Notes: generated by a model not told the origin, from the sequence alone. 64,000 nucleotides of DNA from Candidatus Omnitrophota bacterium (GCA_017993955.1 JAGOLR010000004.1:3601-67600), one strand, 5' to 3'; shown: positions 9,622-17,534, counted from the stretch's first letter. Numbers and translations: made by a program.

Positions 9622-10323
9622 TTATAAGGATCTTTTTTGAAAACGTCCTTCGGCTATTTCCCAGTTTATATTCTTAAAAAACGATTCTATGTATTTTGCC
9701 TTATCGAGTTCGTAATCCGTTAAATATGCATGTTCGAAGACGTCCATGACCAATAAAGGGATTGCCCCCGTTATATTTCCGGTGTTATGTTCATTTACCC
9801 ATATATTAAGCAATTTACCGGTCTTGGGCTCAAAGTATAGCACCGCCCATCCTATGCCCCTCATGGAGCCCACTCCGATGAAATCCTTTTTCCATCTCTC
9901 AAAAGTGCCGAATTCCTCGATTATTTTTTTGTGTAAGGCGCTTTCGGCGCTTAAAGTGTCCTTGCCTCCAAGGTTTTCAAAGTAATATTCATGCAATAAC
10001 ATGCCGTTATATTCCCATCCGAGGCGGCGTTCAAGTTCGGCATATTCTACGGTCTTTTCGCTGTTATCGTTTAGCAGGGCATCCAACTTGTCGAATAATA
10101 TATTGGTATTTTTTACATATCCCTGGTACAGCTTGAAGTGGTTATCGAGCAGTTTATTGCTAAAACCTTCCATGCCTAAAAGATATGAGAAGTCTTTGGA
10201 TTTAAATGGGGAGTTGAGGGGAATTGAGTCGGATTTTTCGATTTGGTCTTCCGAAATAGCTATTCCGTAAGAAGCCACGACAATAGCCAAGATGCCGAAA
10301 ACCAGGGCCAGGTATCTTTTCAT
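9622..10323 (-). CDS. Fe/Mn superoxide dismutase family protein with signal peptide
   Basis: C-terminal DVFEHAYL matches the SOD metal-binding motif D-x-WEHAYY. Internal His-containing motifs and an N-terminal signal peptide are present. Confidence 0.6.
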   Translation of the reverse strand: MKRYLALVFGILAIVVASYGIAISEDQIEKSDSIPLNSPFKSKDFSYLLGMEGFSNKLLDNHFKLYQGYVKNTNILFDKLDALLNDNSEKTVEYAELERRLGWEYNGMLLHEYYFENLGGKDTLSAESALHKKIIEEFGTFERWKKDFIGVGSMRGIGWAVLYFEPKTGKLLNIWVNEHNTGNITGAIPLLVMDVFEHAYLTDYELDKAKYIESFFKNINWEIAEGRFQKRSL

Positions 10324-10489
10324 GTATATAGTCCTCCCATATTTTATCGATTATATACTCATATAGTTTTAGTATCAAGATAAAAAGCATCTCTTGTAAG
10401 TAAATAATTTGCATTTTTCGCTATTATATGTTAACCCTTTAGATAGATATTTTGATTAGACCAATCCTATTGTGACGGCAGGAGTACTT

Positions 10490-11617
10490 ATGATAGACGT
10501 GAAGCGCTTAGTAAAATTGACGCAAGATTTGATACACATAGATTCGCATAATCCCGGTGGCAATGAACGCGATATCGCGCTTTTTGTTAAACGATATCTG
10601 GAAGCTTTGGGTGTAAAGGTCAAACTGTATGAATTCAAAAAAGGGCGTACAAACGTGGTGGCGAGGTTAAGAGGCAGTGGTCAGCGGCGCTCTCTTCTTA
10701 TAACCCCGCACCTGGATACCGTCCCTCCGGGCAAGGGTTGGAAGATGCCTCCCTTTACCGGTAGGGTATCGGGCGGGAAGATATACGGGCTTGGCGCTAC
10801 GGACTGCAAGTGTAACCTTGCCGTAAGCCTGGAGGTCATAAGGAGCTTGGTGGAAGATCGCGTAGTTTTAGGATACGACCTTATTTTTGCCGCCACCGCG
10901 GATGAGGAAGCTGGCTCAGTTCTGGGCATAATACCTCTTTTGGATAAGCGTATCCTGAACCCGGATGCGGCTCTGGTTCTCGATGTAGACGACTTTAAAG
11001 TTATAGTAGCCCAGAAAGGGCTTATACATTTAAAAGTTAAGCTTAAAGGAAAGAGTTCGCATGCAGCTTATCCAAATCGCGGAATAAACGCCATAGAAGC
11101 GGCCGTGAAGATACTTAGCAAGCTTAGATCGAAAAGGCGACCTTTTAAGAAAAATAAGTATCTTGGGCCTCCGACTTTTAACATAGGAACGATATCCGGC
11201 GGCGACAAGGTTAATATGGTGGCGGGCTGGTGCGATTTTGAGCTCGATTTTAGATTCTTGCCGGGGCAAGATCCGAAAGATATCATAAAAGGACTCCGGG
11301 ATATCATAAAAAAACATGCTTACGGATATAATATCGAGATAAAGAGCGTCCAGCAGGATTATCTATTGGATGCGAGGCATCCTATCGTGCGAACGCTTAA
11401 GCGGTCTTTAAAGAAGTGCGGTCTAATCCCAAAAGTCACGGGGTCTGAGGCCGCGACTACGATAACATTTTTTCAGCACAAAAATATACCGGCGGTTGCT
11501 TGCGGTTTCGGCGTGGACGGTTGCGAACATTCGGCCGATGAGTATGTAACAATAGCAAATCTTTCTAAAGGCGCAAAGGTATTGGAGAGTTTTTTGAAGG
11601 ACTACGAATTTGATTAA
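10490..11617 (+). CDS. M20 family metallopeptidase (ArgE/DapE-type deacylase)
   Basis: HxD...D...EE...H metal-site pattern (ITPHLDTVP, ATDCK, ADEEAGS) and ArgE/DapE-like length. Start placed at the ATG downstream of an AGGAG RBS. Confidence 0.75.
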   Translation: MIDVKRLVKLTQDLIHIDSHNPGGNERDIALFVKRYLEALGVKVKLYEFKKGRTNVVARLRGSGQRRSLLITPHLDTVPPGKGWKMPPFTGRVSGGKIYGLGATDCKCNLAVSLEVIRSLVEDRVVLGYDLIFAATADEEAGSVLGIIPLLDKRILNPDAALVLDVDDFKVIVAQKGLIHLKVKLKGKSSHAAYPNRGINAIEAAVKILSKLRSKRRPFKKNKYLGPPTFNIGTISGGDKVNMVAGWCDFELDFRFLPGQDPKDIIKGLRDIIKKHAYGYNIEIKSVQQDYLLDARHPIVRTLKRSLKKCGLIPKVTGSEAATTITFFQHKNIPAVACGFGVDGCEHSADEYVTIANLSKGAKVLESFLKDYEFD

Positions 11618-11641
11618 TTTACATATCAGAAGACCGATATC

Positions 11642-13801
11642 GTGAGCTCGATATCCAATCTTATACTTGAATGGATAGTGAAGGACCTGGGGATCGGAGA
11701 ATCCTCTGTAAGGGCAGTGCTGTCCCTTTTAGCTAAAGGCGGCACCGTCCCTTTCATCGCCCGGTATAGGAAAGAGGCTACTGGTAATCTTGACGAGGTC
11801 CAGATAAGGGCTATAGGCGATAAATTTGCTTATTATGCGGAACTGGAGTCTCGTAAATCAGATATAATCAGATCTATCGAATCTCAAGGCAGGATGAACG
11901 AGGATTTAAGGAATAAGCTATCTATATGCAGGCAAAAGTTCGCTCTCGAAGATCTATATCTTCCGTATAAACAACGCGAACGCACGAATGCTATGATAGC
12001 TAGAGAGAAGGGGCTTGAGCCTTTGGCAGATATCATGATGGTCGAAGAACCCGTGCAGGGCGACCGATCATCGATCATAGGACGGTATGTCAATCCAGCC
12101 GTTGGCGTGGCTACCTCCGAATCCGCCGTAACAGGCGCTATCGAGATAATCGCCGAAAGGGTATCGGAAGATCCCGATGTCAGATCGCGCCTGCGCGACC
12201 TGTATATCAAAACGGGAGTTATTATATCTAAGGTTACTCATGCCTTCTCCGGAGAAAAGACAAATTACGAGATGTACTACAGCTATTCAGAGCTTATACA
12301 TAAAGTTCCATCCCATAGGATGCTCGCGATAAGGAGAGGGGCCAAGGAGAAGGTGTTGAGTTGGGAGATCGAAGTGCGCGAAGATGACGCTATAAGGATA
12401 ATCATCGATCGCGTTATAAAAGAAAAACGCTCTATATTTCACACGGAAGTTTTGCGCGCCATAGACGCTGCCTACAGGCGCATTTTAAGACCATCTCTTG
12501 AGGTCGAAGTCTTCAGGCTTAAGATGGAAGAAGCTGAAAGGGAGGCGATAGGGGTATTTTCCAAGAATCTCGCCAATCTCCTTTTGGCTCCTCCCGCGGG
12601 GCATAGGGTTATAATGGGGGTGGACCCGGGTATAGCTACAGGAGCCAAGCTTGTAGTGATAGGGGAAAACGGAGAACTTAAAGAATCCAGGACCGTATTC
12701 TTGCATGGTTCTGTGATACAGAAGAAAGAGGCTTCTTCGGTAATTGAAGGACTAATTAAAAAATATAAAATAGAACTTATCGCTGTAGGCAACGGTACGG
12801 CTTCTAAAGAGACGTTTAATTTTATAAATAACATTATTAAAAACACTGGCCTGGGAGCCAAGGCAGTCGTGGTAAGCGAAGCAGGCGCCTCGGTATATTC
12901 TGCCTCGGACACCGCGCGGTTTGAATTTCCCGATCTTGATGTTACGATGCGCGGAGCGGTAAGCATCGCAAGACGCCTCCAGGATCCTTTGGCGGATCTT
13001 GTAAAGATAGATCCAAAATCGATAGGCGTCGGCCAGTACCAGCATGACGTAAACCAAAAAGATCTTAAAAAAGCCCTCGATGCTACCGTCGAGTCCTGTG
13101 TAAATTATGTGGGGGTGGATCTAAACACTGCCTCGGCGGAACTCCTTTCGTATATCGCGGGTTTCGGTACTATGGCCGCTCAGAGCATAGTAGCGTATAA
13201 AAAACGCAAGGGACCCTTTAAAGATAAACGCGAGCTTCTAAAAGTCCCACTTGTAGGGGAGAAGGCATTTGAACAGGCCGCCGGATTCCTGAAGATAAGA
13301 GATGGGGTTAACCCGCTGGATAATACTACTATACATCCGGAAAGGTATGAGTTGGTAGATAGAATGGCTCGTGACATGGGTATGGAATCACGCGCGCTTA
13401 TAGGTAACGAAGACGCGGTATCCATGATCGATATAAAAAAATATATATCAGGCGACGCAGGTCTTCCAACCCTAGAAGATATAATAAAAGAACTTAAAAA
13501 ACCGGGCTTGGACCCTAGGCGGGAATTCGAATACGCCGAATTCAGTTCCAGCATAAATTCCATAGAAGATATTTCAGTCGGCATGCAGTTAAACGGCGTC
13601 GTGACAAACGTGGCGAACTTCGGAGCTTTTGTAGATATAGGCATACATCAGGACGGGCTGATACATATATCAAGGATGGGCGATAGATTTATAAAAGACC
13701 CGCACGAAGTCATATCGGTAGGTGATAAAGTTAAGGTAAAGATCGTGTCGATCGATAAAGCCCTCGACAGGATCGGCCTTGAGATGCTGGAAGTAAATTA
13801 G
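11642..13801 (+). CDS. tex: RNA-binding transcription accessory protein Tex (HhH, YqgF-like and S1 domains); GTG start
   Basis: N-terminal TVPFIARYRKE motif diagnostic of Tex. The C-terminal S1 domain (GMQLNGVVTNVANFGAFVDIG) is present. Length 719 aa. Confidence 0.85.
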   Translation: MSSISNLILEWIVKDLGIGESSVRAVLSLLAKGGTVPFIARYRKEATGNLDEVQIRAIGDKFAYYAELESRKSDIIRSIESQGRMNEDLRNKLSICRQKFALEDLYLPYKQRERTNAMIAREKGLEPLADIMMVEEPVQGDRSSIIGRYVNPAVGVATSESAVTGAIEIIAERVSEDPDVRSRLRDLYIKTGVIISKVTHAFSGEKTNYEMYYSYSELIHKVPSHRMLAIRRGAKEKVLSWEIEVREDDAIRIIIDRVIKEKRSIFHTEVLRAIDAAYRRILRPSLEVEVFRLKMEEAEREAIGVFSKNLANLLLAPPAGHRVIMGVDPGIATGAKLVVIGENGELKESRTVFLHGSVIQKKEASSVIEGLIKKYKIELIAVGNGTASKETFNFINNIIKNTGLGAKAVVVSEAGASVYSASDTARFEFPDLDVTMRGAVSIARRLQDPLADLVKIDPKSIGVGQYQHDVNQKDLKKALDATVESCVNYVGVDLNTASAELLSYIAGFGTMAAQSIVAYKKRKGPFKDKRELLKVPLVGEKAFEQAAGFLKIRDGVNPLDNTTIHPERYELVDRMARDMGMESRALIGNEDAVSMIDIKKYISGDAGLPTLEDIIKELKKPGLDPRREFEYAEFSSSINSIEDISVGMQLNGVVTNVANFGAFVDIGIHQDGLIHISRMGDRFIKDPHEVISVGDKVKVKIVSIDKALDRIGLEMLEVN

Positions 13802-13874
13802 TCTTTTAAGGCGCAGGATGAACGGGGCGGAATTTCCTGTTTAAGACGAAATGCGGGTTATAACCCGGATGGAT

Positions 13875-14222
13875 TTATTTCGAAACTAAAACCTTCCCAA
13901 GTTCCGCAGATGTCGTTCCCGCTGCCTGGGTTTCGGTTTGGCTTGTGCTTTGAGAAGAGGTTGTCCCGGAAGTTGCCGTAGAACTTTGTGAAGACGAATC
14001 CTTCTGTTGGTCCTGGCTTGACTTTGGTCTGGCGTAATTTTCCTTGAATCCGCTCATGTATCTTACCTTGGCGGTGGTTCCGCTTGTTGTATAGGAGGAA
14101 CTGCCCGCTGTGGTTGTAGAGGCGGTAGTTGTGCTAGTCGAGGAAGCGGTTGTGCTATCTTCTGCGTAGGCACCGGCCGTTATCATTAAAATAAACGCCG
14201 ATATGAATATCCCGCGAATCAT
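13875..14222 (-). CDS. Small secreted Ser/Thr-rich low-complexity protein
   Basis: Signal peptide followed by long S/T runs and no recognisable domain. Confidence 0.35.
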   Translation of the reverse strand: MIRGIFISAFILMITAGAYAEDSTTASSTSTTTASTTTAGSSSYTTSGTTAKVRYMSGFKENYARPKSSQDQQKDSSSQSSTATSGTTSSQSTSQTETQAAGTTSAELGKVLVSK

Positions 14223-14369
14223 AAATCTCTCCTTTTGTATATTATAGCTATACCTGATGAAAGGGGCAATAGAAATATATAGAACTTGGCTACTTACGTT
14301 ATCTCAATATAACACTTTTAGTGATAAATTTGAATTTTAATCAAGAGATCGGCTCGCGGGCAGAAACGA

Positions 14370-14783
14370 TTACTCGCCGTATATGGCGGCGATCATCAGT
14401 CCTTTGATCGGCATTTCAACCAAGCCTAAAAGAGTCCAATAAATTACAACGCCGTTAGCCACCGTCATAAAAGAATAGGTTGAAAACATCCCGGGCAGCA
14501 TGCCAACAGCCCAAGCGCATAATCCGAAAATAGCGCCTTTGGCTAATTTATTTTTTACTGGGATGCCTTTGTGAAGTAGCGCATAAACAACCGCGAGGAT
14601 TATGTTTAGCAGAAATCCTCCTATGTGAAATGCTAAACCTGGCGGTCCATCCATCGGTTTCCACACACTTACCGGTTCAAGTTTATATACCCAATTAAAC
14701 AACCATCCACAGGTAAGCCCAGCAAAAATCGCGCCAAACAATGAAACCATCAATGCGGCAATAAGTATTTTTCCTATTTTCAT
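14370..14783 (-). CDS. Small integral membrane protein (4 TM), unknown function
   Basis: Hydrophobic profile; AGAGGTG RBS 8 nt upstream. It is preceded by a terminator-like leader hairpin. Confidence 0.5.
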   Translation of the reverse strand: MKIGKILIAALMVSLFGAIFAGLTCGWLFNWVYKLEPVSVWKPMDGPPGLAFHIGGFLLNIILAVVYALLHKGIPVKNKLAKGAIFGLCAWAVGMLPGMFSTYSFMTVANGVVIYWTLLGLVEMPIKGLMIAAIYGE

Positions 14784-14818
14784 AATGCACCTCTTGGTAA
14801 TTATTTTACTTCAAAGCA

Positions 14819-14852
14819 AAACCCGTTGTAAAGAAAATTACTGTAACGGGTT
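14819..14852 (-). promoter_or_regulatory. Leader hairpin plus U-run about 20 nt upstream of the start codon (putative attenuator/terminator)
   Basis: On the minus strand: AACCCGTTACAGTAATTTTCTTTACAACGGGTTTTGCTTTGAAGTAAAAT, then the RBS and ATG. It is paralogous to the element at 15491-15533. Confidence 0.45.
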
Positions 14853-14960
14853 ATGGGATTGACTCCCCCTGTTAGACGAGTTTCGCAACTGGTGCATGAC
14901 GGAGGGGGTCGGGAAAATATATAATAAGTTGGCTATGCTTAATTAAGCAGCCCTATAAAA

Positions 14961-15467
14961 TTATTTTCCAAGATAAAGCTTGTTTGCTATAGCCCTGCCA
15001 GTATCAGTTAAAAATACTTTGGCTATTAGCCGCTGTAACTTGTCTTTGTCTTCAATCCCTACCTCATCTTTTAAATTAACCAACCAGTCGGCATCATATA
15101 AAACCTTGAAATTCTGAGTGTCAACTGTACCGGGAGAATGATGACAACCAATTATTTGACAAACTTCATTTATTACAGCATCTTCTATCCCGATATTATG
15201 CATAATGTCTTTTGCGACCTTCGGGCCTTCTTTTTCCTGATAATGGCCTGCGGTAGACCCATATTTCTTTTCCGACACTTTAATGCCTACATCATGTAAT
15301 ATGCTTGCAGGAATAACTACGCCCGCATCTGCCGGCTCATGTTTCAATAGCTCCTCGGCAAAGCCCAAAACTCTTTTGGCATGATTTATTCTTTTTGTAT
15401 CAGCGCCGAAATACGCTTCCAATGCTTTTAACAGTTTATTTTTAATTTCTAAATCAACATTTTCCAT
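14961..15467 (-). CDS. HD-domain phosphohydrolase
   Basis: H...HD motif (ILHDVG) with an upstream His (HAKR) and a CHH motif near the C-terminal end of the domain. Confidence 0.65.
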   Translation of the reverse strand: MENVDLEIKNKLLKALEAYFGADTKRINHAKRVLGFAEELLKHEPADAGVVIPASILHDVGIKVSEKKYGSTAGHYQEKEGPKVAKDIMHNIGIEDAVINEVCQIIGCHHSPGTVDTQNFKVLYDADWLVNLKDEVGIEDKDKLQRLIAKVFLTDTGRAIANKLYLGK

Positions 15468-15490
15468 ATGGGCAATTTTACTTCAAAACA

Positions 15491-15533
15491 AAACCCTCCG
15501 CAACTAATTTAGTTACAGAGGGTTTTGTTTTTG
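15491..15533 (-). terminator. Bidirectional intrinsic-terminator-like hairpin. It is also the leader hairpin of the HD-domain gene and is paralogous to 14819-14852
   Basis: AAAACCCTCTGTAACTAAATTAGTTGCGGAGGGTTTTGTTTTGAAGTAAAAT on the minus strand. The stem covaries with the 14819 copy while the downstream tail TTTTGYTTTGAAGTAAAAT is conserved. Confidence 0.5.
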
Positions 15534-15668
15534 TCCTACTTCGCCAATCAACATGTAAAACTCAGGTATGGCTTCGTAGGAACATTCTGCTTACAACAAA
15601 GAGGGCTCCGCAGAATAATTCCTGCGAGGCCCTGCCTCAATTCTTCGCCTTGATGGGCGAAGCAGAAT

Positions 15669-15695
15669 GGCTCCCCCGCGAGGACTCGGTCCTCC
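15669..15695 (-). repeat. Degenerate direct copy of the tRNA-Asn 3' end (T-arm, acceptor and CCA; 21 of 27 nt identical)
   Basis: Plus-strand tggctcccccgcgaggactcgGTcctcC here versus tggctcccccgcgaggactcgAAcctcG at 15841-15867. Confidence 0.6.
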
Positions 15696-15801
15696 GCTCG
15701 CAGAGCTCGCTTCGGACCGGCCAAATTTCTGTCGGCCAGAGGCCTATTCCTCCTATTCGTCGGCGAAATTTGGCTTCGAGTCCCGATTGGGTCGCTACCA
15801 A

Positions 15802-15836
15802 TAAAAACGCCCATAGATTAACTATGGGCGTTTTCT
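15802..15836 (-). terminator. Hairpin plus U-run immediately downstream of the tRNA-Asn 3' end
   Basis: AAAACGCCCATAGATTAACTATGGGCGTTTT forms a perfect 9-bp stem with flanking A/T runs on both strands. Confidence 0.6.
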
Positions 15837-15881
15837 ACAGTGGCTCCCCCGCGAGGACTCGAACCTCGGACACTCTGGTTA

Positions 15882-16471
15882 CGATCTGACTCCGATTACT
15901 CGGAGAGTCGGACTATACCATTGCCATATTCTTTGAGATTGCTTCGTCGGCCTGACAGCCTTCTTGCAATGACAACAGAACTTAGGCAGCGAGTCTCTAG
16001 TCTCTGCACCTTTCCCACGATTGGTGGGGCTTGGCTCAGGATTGACCTGATCTCTCAGGCTTTCCCTGAATTTACTCGCTTTTCACTCTGGCGTTTCTAC
16101 CAGAGGCTGCTAACTGAGCGTGAAGCTCTCGATGACAATTGGCACATATCAACATGCATTTATCGAGCTCATTCTTAACCGTATCCCAGCTTCTGGTATA
16201 GCCTTTCGCAGAAATACCAAACTTTTTGCCGGTTAAATTGTTATGATGAAACTCCAACGCATCGAGACAGCGATTGTAACCACATATTTCGCATTTGCCG
16301 CCTTTATACTCGACTGCCATTTGCCGGACTTCCTTTCTCCGGGCATGGACAGCGCGTACAAGATACTGACGCCTATCGCTGTACTTGCGCTTTTCTTTTC
16401 CTGCCAATTGTCACCTCCTTCTTCCCGCTGGCACGTGCCGAGTTTTGCACTCGGCACTTCGTGCCTCGTGC
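15882..16471 (-). mobile_element. Group I intron (~590 nt) in the anticodon loop of tRNA-Asn, with an embedded HNH ORF
   Basis: The exon ends in U before the splice site, the intron begins with G, and the intron ends with G (omega-G). An R-like element CAGAGACTAG (plus 15997-16006) and an S-like element GGTATAGTCCG (plus ~15906-15916) can form P7 (GACTA/TAGTC). A P9 hairpin GACTCCG-AGTAAT-CGGAGTC sits just before the terminal G. Confidence 0.7.
16072..16407 (-). CDS. HNH homing endonuclease encoded inside the tRNA intron
   Basis: CEICGYN...LEFHHNN...CANCHRELH is a classic HNH/His-Me finger with two Cys pairs. TTG start preceded by AAGGAGGTGA at SD spacing; an alternative ATG lies at 16320. 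Confidence 0.75.
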   Translation of the reverse strand: MAGKEKRKYSDRRQYLVRAVHARRKEVRQMAVEYKGGKCEICGYNRCLDALEFHHNNLTGKKFGISAKGYTRSWDTVKNELDKCMLICANCHRELHAQLAASGRNARVKSE

Positions 16472-16588
16472 ACAGCCAGATGCTCTACCGACTGAGCTAC
16501 AGGGGAGTGTGTATAAAGAGCGAAAAATCTGTGATGATGATAGCATAGGGGAGGGGCTTTTTCAATTATTTTTTCCCTATACAGGCTT

Positions 16589-16630
16589 GTTTTGATTTAG
16601 GTCAACTATTAGGGTTCGGCATGGTATAAT
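16589..16630 (+). promoter_or_regulatory. Sigma-70-type promoter with extended -10 (TTGATT ... TGGTATAAT) upstream of the dksA-like gene
   Basis: ttgatttaggtcaactattagggttcggcatggtataat. The -35/-10 spacing is read by eye and not counted precisely. Confidence 0.35.
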
Positions 16631-16695
16631 TGGATAAGATTGGTATTGTTCGGTCTGCAATATGGGACATAAGCTTTTAATTTAAGGAGAGATCG

Positions 16696-17046
16696 ATGGG
16701 CGGTTATATATCATCCGTTGACATAAACGCTATCGAGAAGATGCTTCGGGCGCGTCACAAAGAGCTTAGGTGCGAGATAGGCACTCACGCAGAGTATCTG
16801 AAGGAATCCGCCGCTCAGAGCGACGATGTCTACGGGGTAAGAGAAAATATAGACTCTATAGAAGCGGCAGACGGTATGGAAGAGTCGGAAATACAACTTA
16901 TCGAAGAGGCGCTTGCGCGGATAGCTTCCGGCAAATACGGCTATTGCATAGACTGCGGAGAAGAGGTAGGGTTAGAGCGGCTTAAGGCAATTCCTCATGC
17001 GAAGATGTGTGTTAAATGCGAAGAGCGTCGTGAGCACTCTGTCTAA
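16696..17046 (+). CDS. DksA/TraR family C4-type zinc-finger protein
   Basis: C-terminal CIDCGEEV...CVKCEE four-Cys finger and an acidic coiled-coil N-terminal half. Confidence 0.75.
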   Translation: MGGYISSVDINAIEKMLRARHKELRCEIGTHAEYLKESAAQSDDVYGVRENIDSIEAADGMEESEIQLIEEALARIASGKYGYCIDCGEEVGLERLKAIPHAKMCVKCEERREHSV

Positions 17047-17061
17047 AAGGGGGTGGTAGTT

Positions 17062-17265
17062 ATGCGGATAATAAGATGGTATGGCGAGATGCTGAAAAGA
17101 ATAAAGGGATTGGACAACCCATTGTTCTTTTTATTCGTTAGCGCGAAAGCGCTCGGCGGACTGGCTATAGGCATAATAATATCCCCATATGTGGGCAATA
17201 TAGGCTGGTGGGTGTTGTGCGCGGCGTTACTAATCTCCATCCCGGTGTTTTTAAAGATATTATAG
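17062..17265 (+). CDS. Small 2-TM membrane protein
   Basis: AAAGGGGG RBS 8 nt upstream of the ATG; hydrophobic. Confidence 0.4.
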   Translation: MRIIRWYGEMLKRIKGLDNPLFFLFVSAKALGGLAIGIIISPYVGNIGWWVLCAALLISIPVFLKIL

Positions 17266-17282
17266 TTCTTTATAATTTGATA

Positions 17283-17515
17283 TTTTTTTGGGGAGGCCGT
17301 ATTACGGCCTGAGAGTCTCCGATGTAACGGAGTTACCCTATGAACCTGATTCTGCTACGCCCATCACCGGTTAAACGGTGGCAGGGCTTCGCAGGAATCA
17401 TTTCTACGAAGCTCGAAGACGAAAGACTTTGAGCGGAGTAGAATGATCTGGATAATGCCAGCGTAGGGATAAGAAATAAACCTCGCATATGCTGGCATGC
17501 GGGGTTTTTTGTTTT
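17283..17515 (+). ncRNA. TPP (THI-box) riboswitch with a long P3 insertion and an intrinsic terminator as expression platform
   Basis: GGCCGTATTACGGCC-CTGAGA...ACCCTATGAACCTGAT, then ~95 nt, then GATCTGGATAATGCCAGCGTAGGGA matches the THI-box core. It is followed by the terminator CCTCGCATATGCTGGCATGCGGGG plus T7, and then the RBS GGAGGTG and the thi4 ATG. Confidence 0.8.
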
Positions 17516-17534
17516 ACCAAATGGAGGTGTCGCA

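Larger units (their letters stand above)
15841..16506 (-). tRNA. tRNA-Asn(GUU), intron-containing. 5' exon 16472-16506; 3' exon 15841-15881 including the encoded CCA
   Basis: Minus strand reads TCCCCTG-TA-GCTC-AGTCGGTA-GAGC-A-TCTGG-CTGT, then the intron, then TAA-CCAGA-GTGTC-CGAGG-TTCGAGT-CCTCG-CGGGGGA-G-CCA. All stems pair (acceptor 7 bp with one G-U). The D-arm AGUCGGUAGA and the CUGUUAA anticodon loop match bacterial tRNA-Asn. Confidence 0.85.

Noticed and set aside
12472-12966. Antisense ORFs inside large genes (e.g. 12472-12966 in tex, 19611-19982 and 20064-20726 in the ABC genes, 44185-44697 in trkA, 47451-48155 in the CNNM gene, 49369-50013 in purF)
   Set aside because: All are fully embedded antisense to ORFs with strong homology-type motifs. 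They show low-complexity translations and no start context.
15771-15800. Plus-strand segment GGCTTCGAGTCCCGATTGGGTCGCTACCA looks like a tRNA/tmRNA 3' end (T-loop-like TTCGAGT, ...ACCA) followed by a terminator
   Set aside because: No 5-bp T-stem or 7-bp acceptor pairing can be drawn around the loop, and no matching 5' half exists upstream. It is probably a chance resemblance or part of the degraded region next to tRNA-Asn.
15548-15840. Possible tmRNA, RNase P RNA or SRP RNA in the long non-coding stretch beside the tRNA
   Set aside because: None of the conserved cores was found on either strand: tmRNA GGGG 5' end with tag ORF, RNase P GGAAAGUCCGG/AGGGUGAAA, or the SRP GGAA tetraloop domain.
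15840-16548. Plus-strand ORFs 15840-16178, 15650-15889 and 16243-16548 from the six-frame track
   Set aside because: They lie antisense to, or across, the tRNA exons and the group I intron. They have no RBS or domain signal and are artefacts of the intron's GC-rich structure.
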